From assembly GCA_051294375.1 (NCBI GenBank), contig CM119268.1:4726666-4790665 (forward strand): DNA of 64,000 nt. The letters are read 5' to 3'. A program made the translations under genes and the position numbers. Each line of letters opens with the position of its first letter. Position 1 is the stretch's first letter. The stretch comes from Paraspadella gotoi (lineage: Eukaryota > Animalia > Chaetognatha). Of the stretch, positions 37,754-48,282 are shown piece by piece. The notes beneath the pieces are model-generated. The model was not told the DNA's origin. It saw nothing but the letters and a program-made list of their open reading frames with translations, and ran no database searches.

Positions 37754-39775
37754 ATGGCGAATTTCAATTGCGGATACGGCGGTGAGATGCAACGACAGGG
37801 GGACCCGTCTTTTTGGTCCTACTTCCAGTACCTGGAAAGCAAGATGGACCAAATTCTCTATCGTCTCAATTCGCAGAACAATCAAATGTATCCTTCCATG
37901 GGTAGCAATTACCCAATGCCCCCGCCGCCGCAGTTTCAAGCCATTCCGAACAATCCCTCTTTTGTTGGAATGGTGCAAAACGAAACATTTGGGCACCAAT
38001 TTTACAACGGGCCGCCCGTTTATGCCTACAACAACGGAGAAAATCAACGCGCGTCGTGGGATCACTACTACACCATGGCGCCGAGTGGGTTCTGTGAAAC
38101 GTCAACCGTGCTAGCGGGGTCTATACCCGCTTTACAGCCTCTAGCTCCCTTGATTGTTACCTCTGATTTGACTTCCGACTTCCAAAACTCGGACGGCGAA
38201 TTGAGGCCCCAGTTGCCACCGGATCTGTTATCGGTCATCCCTCAGCCAGTGGTGTCTCATATCCTAAGTGAAGTTAATCCGCAGCAAACTGCGGAGCCCG
38301 TCGTCACTTCTGAGTCAATAAACCTCACCTCTCACACTTCTCCAGTCAAGACGCCCTCGTCGATGCAAACCACATCTACGCCGATCTGCACGACTCCTCA
38401 GCGTTATATGCGGTTTAGCAATTCACGTCGCGATGTATTGGAATCTCCATTGTCCACGAAAAGTGTTTTACCGCAAGCGCCAATTGATTTTCCAGACGCG
38501 ACAAAAGTGTCACCAGATCATTTGGTGGACGCGAGTTGTCAAACCGTACTCGCGTTTACGTCTCAAAACTCATCTACTTCCAAAGGTCCTCTCGGAGAGA
38601 ATTCTCCCATGAATTCATCGGATAAGGCACCCATTGCCTGGTACATGGAAAAAGGCATTGACTCGTCTGGAATTGTGCGTCTTTTGCGCCCGATTAAGTC
38701 AACTGAAAAAAAGGACAAGGACATCAACCTGTCATTGCTTGTGACGGAACCAGATTTGATTTTTAGAAATAAAATGAGATTCGTGGCGGCCCCAACGATC
38801 GAACCTAGTCGTGCACCAAGGTCGAACGACTCTGGTTTAGTTCATGAGGAAAGTGCATCGCGAGTGGTAAATGTAGATGAAAATGAAGTTTGTGATGCTC
38901 ATTTAAATGAAGTGACTTCAGTTGCCAGGGCTGATAAGCCACTAGATAAGCTTCAGCGAGAGAACGACGAGGAGTCGAAAGACAGCGCGGAAGTAAAGGA
39001 GACCGTTTTACCAAATGAGAGCGTCGGGGAGAAAATGGCGTGCGAGCACGTCATGGAGCAAATGGAGAGCGAGGAAACATCAGAAAACGAGAGCGAGACT
39101 GACAAAGAGGTTTGTAACAGAGAGACAAATCTAGTGATTTCAGCCGGCATGGACATAATACTCAATGAGGAAGGTGCAGAGGGCATGACGACATTGTCGA
39201 GCGCAAAGGATGAGGAGGGAAACATTAAGGAATTTGTTTTGAAGACGGTGAAAGGCGCAGAGGGCGGGGAGAGCTTTCCAGTGTGGGCGACCAAAAATGC
39301 AGCCTATGTCACCGAAGAGCATTCTGAGGATGAAACGGGGAGATTCGCAATACCTAAACCAACTGATGGCAAATTTGGGGACGTTGAGCACATAAAACGG
39401 ACATGGAGTTGTTCGTCAACTGAAGTGTCAGAAGAAGATGTAATGGGTCTATTTAAAAGGGCCCACATACTCGACATGAAAATAAGGGAAAAAAGGGGAT
39501 TTAGAAAAAATATAAGCCTTCGTTGTCACGGATTTTACATCCAACTCTGTCGTGCCTATACGGATAGCAAAAAAGGTTTAGTTTCTCTGTGGCCAATGTT
39601 GTGGTCATTGCAAAGAACTCGTGACGTTGAAAAGTTCCGCTTGGCCACGGATATCATTGGTGCAAGTGAACAAAAGTTTGAATTCGTGCTTAGCATGGGC
39701 AACCCCGAAAAGCACTCGTGTTGCGTTGATGGTAAGACGTGCTCGTATTGGTATCCCCCCATAAAAAGAAAATAA
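37754..39775 (+). CDS. 673-aa protein of unknown function (Pro/Gln-rich N-terminus, acidic middle, globular C-terminus with Cys/His)
   Basis: Long uninterrupted ORF; acceptor TTTTTTATACAG just before the ATG; AATAAA at the stop. Confidence 0.75.
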   Translation: MANFNCGYGGEMQRQGDPSFWSYFQYLESKMDQILYRLNSQNNQMYPSMGSNYPMPPPPQFQAIPNNPSFVGMVQNETFGHQFYNGPPVYAYNNGENQRASWDHYYTMAPSGFCETSTVLAGSIPALQPLAPLIVTSDLTSDFQNSDGELRPQLPPDLLSVIPQPVVSHILSEVNPQQTAEPVVTSESINLTSHTSPVKTPSSMQTTSTPICTTPQRYMRFSNSRRDVLESPLSTKSVLPQAPIDFPDATKVSPDHLVDASCQTVLAFTSQNSSTSKGPLGENSPMNSSDKAPIAWYMEKGIDSSGIVRLLRPIKSTEKKDKDINLSLLVTEPDLIFRNKMRFVAAPTIEPSRAPRSNDSGLVHEESASRVVNVDENEVCDAHLNEVTSVARADKPLDKLQRENDEESKDSAEVKETVLPNESVGEKMACEHVMEQMESEETSENESETDKEVCNRETNLVISAGMDIILNEEGAEGMTTLSSAKDEEGNIKEFVLKTVKGAEGGESFPVWATKNAAYVTEEHSEDETGRFAIPKPTDGKFGDVEHIKRTWSCSSTEVSEEDVMGLFKRAHILDMKIREKRGFRKNISLRCHGFYIQLCRAYTDSKKGLVSLWPMLWSLQRTRDVEKFRLATDIIGASEQKFEFVLSMGNPEKHSCCVDGKTCSYWYPPIKRK

Positions 39776-40177
39776 ACTGTTTGGTTGACGGTTACAATAG
39801 AATACATTGTATATTTTTTCTTTCTTATCATTGTTTTTCAGTCTTTAATAATAAAATTATTGTGAAAATGTACGAAAACCGCTCTACTTTGTCAAATAAT
39901 TAAAAAGTTAATTAAATATATATATACATTGATTTTTATCTGCTTTAATTTTATAACCTGTATTATATTTATAACATTTGCCTTTGTTTTTAAAACAATT
40001 GAATGAAATTTTAGTTTGCAAAACCAAAGTTGTTAGGTTACATAAACGTTAGAGCTTTTTATTAGCTTTTTATTAGCTTTTTTATTAGCTTTTTGTTAGT
40101 TTACGTGTAATTAAAAATAAAGAATATTATATATTCCCGTTTGCAGATTGCAGACAGCGCTGTAAACTTTTGTAGCC

Positions 40178-41889
40178 ATGGAAACAGTTTCATCTAAATC
40201 TAAGTTGGTGGTTTTTGAGGACAGTCAACTAAATGGCGTTGGACCAACAGAGGCGACGTTTGAGAGGTCATCCGAAGTTTTCGTTCATCCTAGCAGTCCA
40301 ATTAGCCCAGAAACGCAGACCGTGAGGTTTTTGATTCCTGCAAATTTAAGCAACGAGGTAACTAGTAATAAAAAATGAAACTGAGAGGTACAGTAATTAG
40401 GACAACAAGTGATAAAAAGTATATTTTTATCTTTTAAATACAGCTTTTGCTCCGATTCACGAAAGTGGCATTAAAAATTCGGGTATTAAAGTCAGATTCG
40501 ACACCTTTAGATGCCAGCGATGAGTTGACGTGCCATAATTTTCTGCCATTGGTACTCTGGAAAAGGGTTTCTGTCTCGTTAATGGGAACAGATAAATCGC
40601 GATATTTCCCATACAATAAACATGAAATGTTTATTCGCCTAATGACGCAGTATTCTCGCGAAGAAAAGGAGCAAATGCTGTCAGCAGTTGGATATCAACC
40701 CGACACCGTCGGAAATTCTAGTAAAGTCGATGTGGCTGATCCAATAATTCAATGTAAGTATGGCTATGTTATTTCAAAATGCCCCATTGAATGGGGCACG
40801 CTCAGAAAATAGCGCCTGAAGAAAATTGTCAAGTTTTATTTATTCATATATCTCTTTTGTTCAACTTTAGGTATGTGTCTAAAATGTCCCTGTTCGACGA
40901 AGAAGGTGGGTACAGGGCGCCAAACGTATACCAAGACGGAGCTCGACGCGGCGTCAGATAGAACGGTAGCGGAGATACAACAATTAGCAGCGAAAAAATC
41001 TCGCGTGAACGAAGGGGCTTGGCTCCGCAGCTTGATGGTTAAAAAATTGATAAATGGCCCCTTGAGTTTTCTTTTTCCTCTTGGCTTGCTACACAAACTT
41101 TTTGCTACCAACTGTTTGCTGCCCGTCAGAGAGACTTTTACTATTGACTTCGAGATGGATAGTGTAAATAAAATTTTGTTATTCGACGACAAAGGAGGGA
41201 CTAAAAATTATAAAATAGTGATAACCAAAATGTTTTTAATAGTTAATCAAGTCAGCATGAACTCTCAGTTGAGGCAAGTTTATTTATCAAAGGTCGAACA
41301 AAATTTAATTTACCGATCCGCCACGAGTCACAAATTTTCCAGTTTTTTATTGAGCAAGGGCACGCAATTTCACCGACAGAACGCCATTTACTCTTGGTCA
41401 AAGTTGTCGCGCTTTGTTGCCATTTTTTTCACAAAAGAATCTGCGGAACTGGGTGACACTAAAGTCGCTTTGTATTCTTATGCCTCATATAACATACGAT
41501 CAGCAAAAATGTTTGTAAATGGTTCTAAAAATCCTTATTTGGAATTATATGGTTCTCTGAGCCTCGGTAAGCACACAGTCGACTTAAAAATACTTTACCA
41601 GAACTTTATCCGTTGTTACGGGACAAAGGCCCACACCATTAGCGAAAAGCAATTTTATAATGATCTATTTTTAATTTGTTTTTCGCTCGGCCCACCCCTC
41701 CACGATGAGTTCTCGACGACGGAAACTGCGTTGACGCCGTCTCTACAGCCTGTTTTTGGAGCTTTAATCGACATAGAGTTGCGTTTTGGCGAGGCGCTTC
41801 CCGAAAATTTAATTTTAAATGTCATATCGTATTACGACCAAGAGATCAAAATCGATGCAAATGGTTTGATCGTCGATGACGACGAATAA
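40178..41889 (+). CDS. Major capsid protein (double jelly-roll, Maverick PY/hexon-like); exons 40178-40357, 40444-40753, 40871-41889 (about 502 aa)
   Basis: Two GT-AG introns restore one frame. Motifs P....VRFLIP, LKIRVLKSD, HNFLPLVLWKRVSVSL, YFPY, NEGAWLR, and C-terminal IDIELRFGEALPENLIL..YYDQEIKID. Confidence 0.82.
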
Positions 41890-42011
41890 AAATAAACCTG
41901 TTTTTCTTTAACTTTTGATAATTATAATTTGAATTCATTTGTTGATACAGCTTAGTATTATTGAATAGTAAAAGGATTGTACAAGTACAAAATAACCAAA
42001 ATTAACTGAAA

Positions 42012-42212
42012 ATGGCTAAATCGCGAAAAGCTAAACGCAAAGGAAAAAAGAAGACTAACTGGAAGAATCAATTTTTTTCCTTGCTTGGCAAAAAAAGAAG
42101 CAGACGCGGGCGACGCCGTGGAAAGGCAACAAAGAAAAGGTCCCGGCGACGCAAGCAGAGGTCAACAAAGGGAAAAGGGAAATGCGCGCTTTCGAGCATG
42201 TTGGATTCGTAA
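42012..42212 (+). CDS. Arg/Lys-rich protamine-like putative core protein (possibly spliced to 42242-42341)
   Basis: RSRRGRRRGKATKKRSRRRKQR; downstream TACTAAC branch-point-like motif and TTTTAG acceptor at 42241. Confidence 0.55.
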   Translation: MAKSRKAKRKGKKKTNWKNQFFSLLGKKRSRRGRRRGKATKKRSRRRKQRSTKGKGKCALSSMLDS

Positions 42213-42511
42213 TATACTAACTAAATGTACGTTGCTTTTAGGGAAAGATCGAGAGATAGACTAAATTTTGGAATTGACAGTTTCCCCAGGGATCGCGAGG
42301 CTACGAAGCGTGGGACTCTCAACGCGAATCTAATTTACTAACTTGGACGAAAATAAAGACAAAATTTTAATCAGTGTTGTAACGAAATTTATCAACTCAG
42401 AGAAAGACGACGGTAGCATTAATAAATTTAAAGTACAGTACAATCACGTGTCAAACTTAATTATTTTAATACAAATTTAATATCATTGTTACATAATTAA
42501 AATAATACTAC

Positions 42512-44565
42512 TTAATAGTCAGCAAATGTAGTTTTAATTTCTGATAGGGTGAGACTGGGCAATTGTGCTAGGCGTTGATCTAATTTGCCGGGGCAACGTT
42601 TTAGGCTTTCGCCAGTATACGAGTTAAAAAGCATTAATCTATTGCTTTTCCCTATTACTGCCAAATTCGCCATTTTTTCAAACTTTAAGACTAGACCATT
42701 TGAATCGTTAACGAACTTGACGCAACAATCCCGCGGATGAAATAATTGACCATATTGCAGGCATAGAGTATATTCTTTCAAGTGATTTTTACATACACGA
42801 GGTGACTCAAACATGCTCGTTTTGATAGCCGCGTAGTTCTCGTAATCCTCGTCTTTCAGTTCTTGGGTTTTCAGCCATAAGTCAACCACGAGAACTTGAT
42901 GCTTATTGAAAAATTCATTTTCTGGCATAAGGTAGTGACTGCCTAAGACGAGACCGTCGGTATTCGTAAACATAAGTTCAAAATCAAGATATTTTCGTAG
43001 TTGCAGGTATAAATTTAATAACTCTTTTTTGCCTTGTAAAACTATGTCGTATTGAAGGTGACATAAATTATGGATTTTTGAATCATTGTTAAAAAATGCA
43101 ATATAGGACTCACCAAAAAGAAGTTTTGCATTTTTAAAGCTTTTTAATGAATTTAAATTGACAAAATCGTTTTTCTCAATTAAAACGCTAGTGCAGTATT
43201 TTGATTTTTGAAAAGAAAATTTTCCAACGAAACTGTTGGAGAGCTTTTTAGTGAGAGTCAAGAGAGAGCTCCCCTTCGGAATATTATATATTATATTCGT
43301 TGGTAGTTTTCTCGAAGGGCCTCTCGTTGGTTTTTTGGAAGCAGAAGATTTTCGTAATGCTATGGATTCGGAAGTCTGGGAGGGTGCCGTTGTGTTTTTG
43401 GGTAATAAAAAAGGTAAGAAAATCGGTGCTGACCAATTGACGATCAAGTTTAAATCCATTTTGTACTCGCCCTGACTTAATATCACAAAATGGTTTAAAT
43501 GAGCCTAACCTGCTTTTAGATTTCTCTCCCAATTGAGCTGTAACAACAACAAAGCCATTAACGGTGCCATCTTTTATGTATGCTTCTACATTCTCCATCG
43601 TAAGTTTCCTGTTTAATGATGGAAATTGAGCACGTGCAGTACAGCGAAAAGCTTCTCCTAGCTTAATATTCATGTTATTTGCAGCGTCTGGTTTCTTGGG
43701 AAGGCCGTAAAAATCAGCGACTTCAGATATAGATTTGTCCCACATCCCCGCAATGTCACATTCCCACATCGGCACATATTCAGTATTTTCATTTTGGATC
43801 GCATCTAAAATATACCTCTCGATCCGTTCTGTTTCATTTTGAACTGCTTTAAGAGATACCCGTTTCGTAGGGTGTTTTACCGATTCTACCTGTGAAAGCT
43901 TACACTTTGCCTGCCAGAGGCGCGGTTTGAGAAAATTGCCATTGGAAGAGTCGGTGGTGCCATTCTGTGGACAGATGGGATTAGAATTTAAGTTTTCTGG
44001 AAAGTAGTGATGTAATTTTTTACAGGCATGCCAATAGCATCCCTGTATTTGTAATATTATATCGGCCTGATTAGAAGACTCGGTGCTTACATAACCATCT
44101 ATGTGGACGGCTTTGTTAGGCATACATGCCTCAAACGACTGACCCACATATGTTATATCTAATTTTAAGTAATTTGAAAATGTGCCAAGGAGAATGTTGG
44201 CAAATGAATTTTTGGACAATCGTCGATTGGTCAATTCATATTTATTGTTAGATAACTCGTAGGTTAAACAAGTTCCGATAAAAATTTTAGTATTTTTTAA
44301 TAAGAAACAATAAAATTTTTTTATGTCCAGACATACTACAGACTTTAATTTAGACTCCCGATGAATGATTTTTTCGTTTTCATTCGCCATGAGAAAACCG
44401 TACCTGCTCTCTTTAGAAATGAGTTTTGATAGTTCTCTTGGTGGACTTATTAACCCAGCGAAAACACTTCGTTTTAAGGAACCTGCGAAATATTGCGTGG
44501 CAACTTGGGTAACGCTTTCGCCTCGGTAACCAAACAATTTTTTTCCGGTTAGATCTGCTAAACTT
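42512..44565 (-). pseudogene. Protein-primed DNA polymerase B, 5'-truncated and frameshifted, with an inserted Vsr-like nuclease domain
   Basis: Motif A region CLDIKKFY, Vsr-like IDGY..IQGCYWHAC..MWEC, motif B KKLSNSFVGKF, motif C FTNTDG. Frameshift at a 7-bp duplication at 43282-43295. Confidence 0.8.
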
Positions 44566-44726
44566 TCCTTCCTCGATGCCCTCACTCATTGGCCCGCAAA
44601 CTACATACGTAACCTCCTCCTCCTCCTCCTCTACACCTCCTCATCAACAAGACCACTAAAGGTTTCTAAAAGGTCAACAAACGTAGTACTCACGTATATT
44701 GGATCACACCCCTGACTATTACTACT
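44565..44726 (-). repeat. Right TIR of the Maverick, fused directly to pPolB coding sequence
   Basis: Inverted match to 30033-30200, ending ACTACT|CAAGC. Confidence 0.9.
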
Positions 44727-44943
44727 CAAGCACCTAAAATCAGTTAATACATTTGTTGGCGAGGGACGACAACAACAACACAAACAGTTAATCCTGCTCT
44801 ATCATGGGATCCGCAAGATTTGAGCTGGCCAACTCCACCACCGCCACTCAAATCTTGTCCACTGGAGATGGAAATGGAAGACATCCCTCTGGATGTCACT
44901 GTCACTCCTCCCTCCCAATCTCATGGTGGAGCAAGACCGAAAA

Positions 44944-45780
44944 CTACGCCAAATGAAAATCCCAAATCCAACTCAAAATCTGTAATTCTGAGGCATTCAC
45001 GGATTTTCTGAATTCCTCATATGAGGTAATGTTTTTACTTTCAATTTTTTTTTTTAAAAGTTCGTATGGAACCAGACGCTTTTGTACTGAATTTTTAGTT
45101 CTTATTTTTGTTTCTAATTCTAAGATCTGAGGGTCGATTAATTTAATTCTTTTTGCTTCTGGTTCATGTGTGTCACTGTGTTCCATATCTGCGTCAGTTC
45201 CGGGTAAAGCTAAAAACTGTTCGTTATTGATTTTAAAAAATGAAAATTTGGTCAGCGGTTCCATACAGTGCGTAAAATTGGCCTTGGTTCCCTCTCTACA
45301 AAAAGCCTTTGAGCAGAGACCAGCATAGATTAGGTCCAAAGAATCTAATATTGGCATTTTTGTTGATAAGTATTGCCTATTCCAGTTGAAGTCAAGTGTT
45401 TTATTATTGAGAAATGAATCGGCAATGATTATTTGTGGATCTTTTGGTATTATGATAAGATTTTCGGAGAGGTAATCGTCGAATTTTTGATTGTCCTTAA
45501 ATTTTGGGAAAAATAGAGACGCTTTTTGAAAGATTTCACCTAAAACCGTTCGTTTTCGGCTTGAGTGCAGGGTTTTAAAAAACAGATGTATGCATACATC
45601 GATGTTCTGCTCCCTTCGTTTATGATGTTTAATAACGAGGCACTGTTTTGATAAGCTTAATTTCTTGAAAATTGAGCGAAAAGACCAATCATCTTGGACG
45701 CCGGGTTTTTTAAAATAGTTAATTTCCTCGCCTCGAATATTTAAAAGATATTGGCAAGGGATAACCTCTGACATCTCCAT
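44944..45780 (-). CDS. Intronless orphan ORF of unknown function
   Basis: 278-aa ORF with AT-rich coding composition; no motif recognised. Confidence 0.45.
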   Translation of the reverse strand: MEMSEVIPCQYLLNIRGEEINYFKKPGVQDDWSFRSIFKKLSLSKQCLVIKHHKRREQNIDVCIHLFFKTLHSSRKRTVLGEIFQKASLFFPKFKDNQKFDDYLSENLIIIPKDPQIIIADSFLNNKTLDFNWNRQYLSTKMPILDSLDLIYAGLCSKAFCREGTKANFTHCMEPLTKFSFFKINNEQFLALPGTDADMEHSDTHEPEAKRIKLIDPQILELETKIRTKNSVQKRLVPYELLKKKIESKNITSYEEFRKSVNASELQILSWIWDFHLA

Positions 45781-46192
45781 TTTTCACTTTTGTATTTATT
45801 TGGCATAAATAGTTTATTTCTATTACAAAACATAGATTTTAACAGATGGCGAAATTTTTTTTAGGTTTTTTTAGAGCACTTTTTGGTCGAGGTCGCTGCA
45901 ATGTTTTTATTTCACATATGCAGTTTATTTTTATTACCAGAAGCAGATTTAAATTTACGATCGCAACAAGTGGTTAGACTTTTGTTTTTTTTTTTAGTTT
46001 TTTTTTTGGAACACTTTTTGGGAGAGATCGCTGCTGTTTGAAACTCGGAAACCTGAAAGAAACAAAAGATTTGGTTAAATGAGAGCTTTACCCGTTTTAC
46101 TTTATAAAATTTGATTAATATTTCAAAATTACTTTAAGAAAAATACATTAGGAAAAACAGTTTTTAAGGTCAACAACGATTTATTATTGGAT

Positions 46193-46244
46193 ATAAGTCG
46201 GACAAGTTTCAACTCTTTATTAAGAGTCTTCTTCAGCGATTTTT
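46193..46244 (-). ncRNA. Minimal type I hammerhead-ribozyme-like motif (Penelope type)
   Basis: Minus strand reads ATCG-CTGAAGAA-GACTCTT AATA AAGAGTT-GAAAC TT GTC-CGA: core, 7-bp stem II, short stem III and a short stem I. Confidence 0.55.
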
Positions 46245-46286
46245 AACAATCAACAATTTTCTCTATTTAACATTAGCTTTGAGAGT

Positions 46287-46319
<33 letters not shown>

Positions 46320-46849
46320 GAGGGAGATTCCACTCCAACACAAGAATTTTAGAAAGGAACAGTGCGTCAGATGTGAGGACATCAGGTGATGCGTAAGGAC
46401 GCGGGAAGAAGATAAGATTGGTTGAAACTTGAAAGGTGAAAAAATGATGAGAGAGGAGAGAGAGAGAGAAGCCAACAGAGCAGCAGAAAATATTACATTT
46501 AGCAATGTACAACAGAATAATAAATGGAAAAATCTTAATACTAACTAGTAATAACAAAAAGAAATTAATAATTTAGTTAACATTAAGAATGAAATTGTAA
46601 AAGGAAAAATGAATAAGTTGTTTAGAAGGATAGATAAGTGAATGGTGTAACAGTAATAGTTAAAGAAAAGAGCTCAAAAAGAGCTGGCCCCCCCCGGCTA
46701 CTGGCAAATGTTAGGACGTGAGTGATGTGATCGCGGTTATTGGCTTTCATAGACTGGAAGTGTATTGTAGTAGGCTGGGGTATGATTCCAAGGCCGTTCT
46801 AATATCCCTCTGGCCTGATAAGCCTGCCGCGGCCCTCCTCTCGCTGACG

Positions 46850-47321
46850 ACGAGGCGGGTGATTATCTGTTCAGTGCCTGCTTTAAATTGCACGGGGATA
46901 CAGATTCTCTCTCTTCCTGCAGCCGTCGTTTTGGGCGACGCTCGGTGCAAGGAGAGTCACACCAAGTTGCTGCAAGTTCGGGAGAGGCATCGGGCGTCCA
47001 TTGCCTGCTGAGAGGCCTCCGCCTGACCCGTTGAGTAGGGACAGGGGAATCACCGTGCGGTTGGGGTGGCGTTGGGCGTTCCACCTCCATTTTGACGCCC
47101 GTGGTCACTTTCTGTCGGCTATTGCCGAGCATTCGGCATCTTCTGGCCATCTGTTTAGAGGGACGGACTGTCTCGTGCTGTCCCATGACCAAAACTGGTT
47201 CACTAGAGGTATTAGAGAGGCAATTTACATCAAAGCCCTCGAGCCCTCTCTGAACCGTGATGGAGGACGATTCGACCTCCCTCCAAGCTATAATATGAAA
47301 AGAAACGCTTTGAGTTGTTGA
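46850..47321 (+). mobile_element. Penelope-like element remnant (GIY-YIG endonuclease C-terminus)
   Basis: SAIAEHSASSGH..VLSHDQNWFTRGIREAIYIKALEPSLNRDGG is the characteristic PLE endonuclease tail. Confidence 0.8.
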
Positions 47322-47789
47322 AGGATTGATGGGCTGTGAAGCGATAGAAGAAGAAGAAGTTAAATCCGATACGGCGTTAAACAAATTTGAATCACGAAAA
47401 AATAGATCCGTTCTCTCGGCACTCGGTCTGGCGGGGGCAGACAAATCTGGAGGTGAGTCGTCGATGACAATGCGCAATGGTTGTGAATTTTTCGATTCCG
47501 ATTGGTTAATATGAAGCTGGTCGTGAAAAGTTTTTAAAAAAAAGTTTAGATGATCTTTTTTAGCTGGTAATTGATGGCAAATTTCGCAGTGCTTAGTAAT
47601 CTCCTCTTTACAAATAGCAACTATTTCTTCTTTCGTTAATTGAAATAATTCCGCGTTTTTATTTTTTTTTTTAAAAACCTTTACATTTAATTCGCACAAG
47701 ACGTTTTTGCAATCTTCAGTTTGGTCGGCGTCGTTTTTTTCCTGTTCGTCGTTGGAAATATCAGAATATTGAGGGTTAGTCGAAGCCAT
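46863..47789 (-). CDS. Unknown ORF (MASTNPQ...), reading through the antisense strand of the PLE fragment
   Basis: ORF in the track; CEICH motif; transcribed divergently from the 48283 gene across a CCAAT/GC-rich spacer. Confidence 0.35.
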   Translation of the reverse strand: MASTNPQYSDISNDEQEKNDADQTEDCKNVLCELNVKVFKKKNKNAELFQLTKEEIVAICKEEITKHCEICHQLPAKKDHLNFFLKTFHDQLHINQSESKNSQPLRIVIDDSPPDLSAPARPSAERTDLFFRDSNLFNAVSDLTSSSSIASQPINPSTTQSVSFHIIAWREVESSSITVQRGLEGFDVNCLSNTSSEPVLVMGQHETVRPSKQMARRCRMLGNSRQKVTTGVKMEVERPTPPQPHGDSPVPTQRVRRRPLSRQWTPDASPELAATWCDSPCTERRPKRRLQEERESVSPCNLKQALNR

Positions 47790-48282
47790 GGTGTCGCGAG
47801 CAAGAATAAAAAACATTTTTGTCGCGTGCCTCACGAAGTTCACGCGGTCGCGCAAAATCATTGGGCATGAAACATGTTGTCCAATCAGGCGCTGCTTAAT
47901 TTACATAATTTTGGCGCGTGCTCTCGCGCCGCGCGCGCGCTCTTCTCTCTCTCTCTCTTCTTGTTCGCGCTCTTTCTCTCTCTCTCTCTTCTATATATAT
48001 ATATATATTATATATAATACTAAATAATATTATTTTTTTGTTCTTATCTCAACCCTATAGCTATAAATTACAGAACTATTCACCCCCCCACCGAGTAACA
48101 TTCCATTATCGTCTCTCTCTCTCTCTCTCTCCTCTCTTTTGTACTTTTTTTTGTCACTTATCTCTAAAAAATGACTAATAGTTGTAAGTTCAAAAGTTTT
48201 CCTCGGGTAAACTGATAAGTTTTTTCTCCCATTGTTTTCGAGTTATTCTTTCATTTCGCTTTCTCCGATCATACAGAAAATC

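Larger units (their letters stand above)
30033..44726 (+). mobile_element. Maverick/Polinton (adintovirus-like) endogenous dsDNA virus, about 14.7 kb, internally deleted at the pPolB end
   Basis: Termini AGTAGTAATAG...CTATTACTACT; about 165-bp TIR match; 5-bp TSD CAAGC at 30028-30032 and 44727-44731; ATPase, integrase, capsid and pPolB genes inside. Confidence 0.93.

Noticed and set aside
30033-44726. Adenain-like cysteine protease expected in Mavericks
   Set aside because: No His/Asp/Cys protease motif was recognised in any ORF, so it is not annotated; it may be deleted or too divergent.
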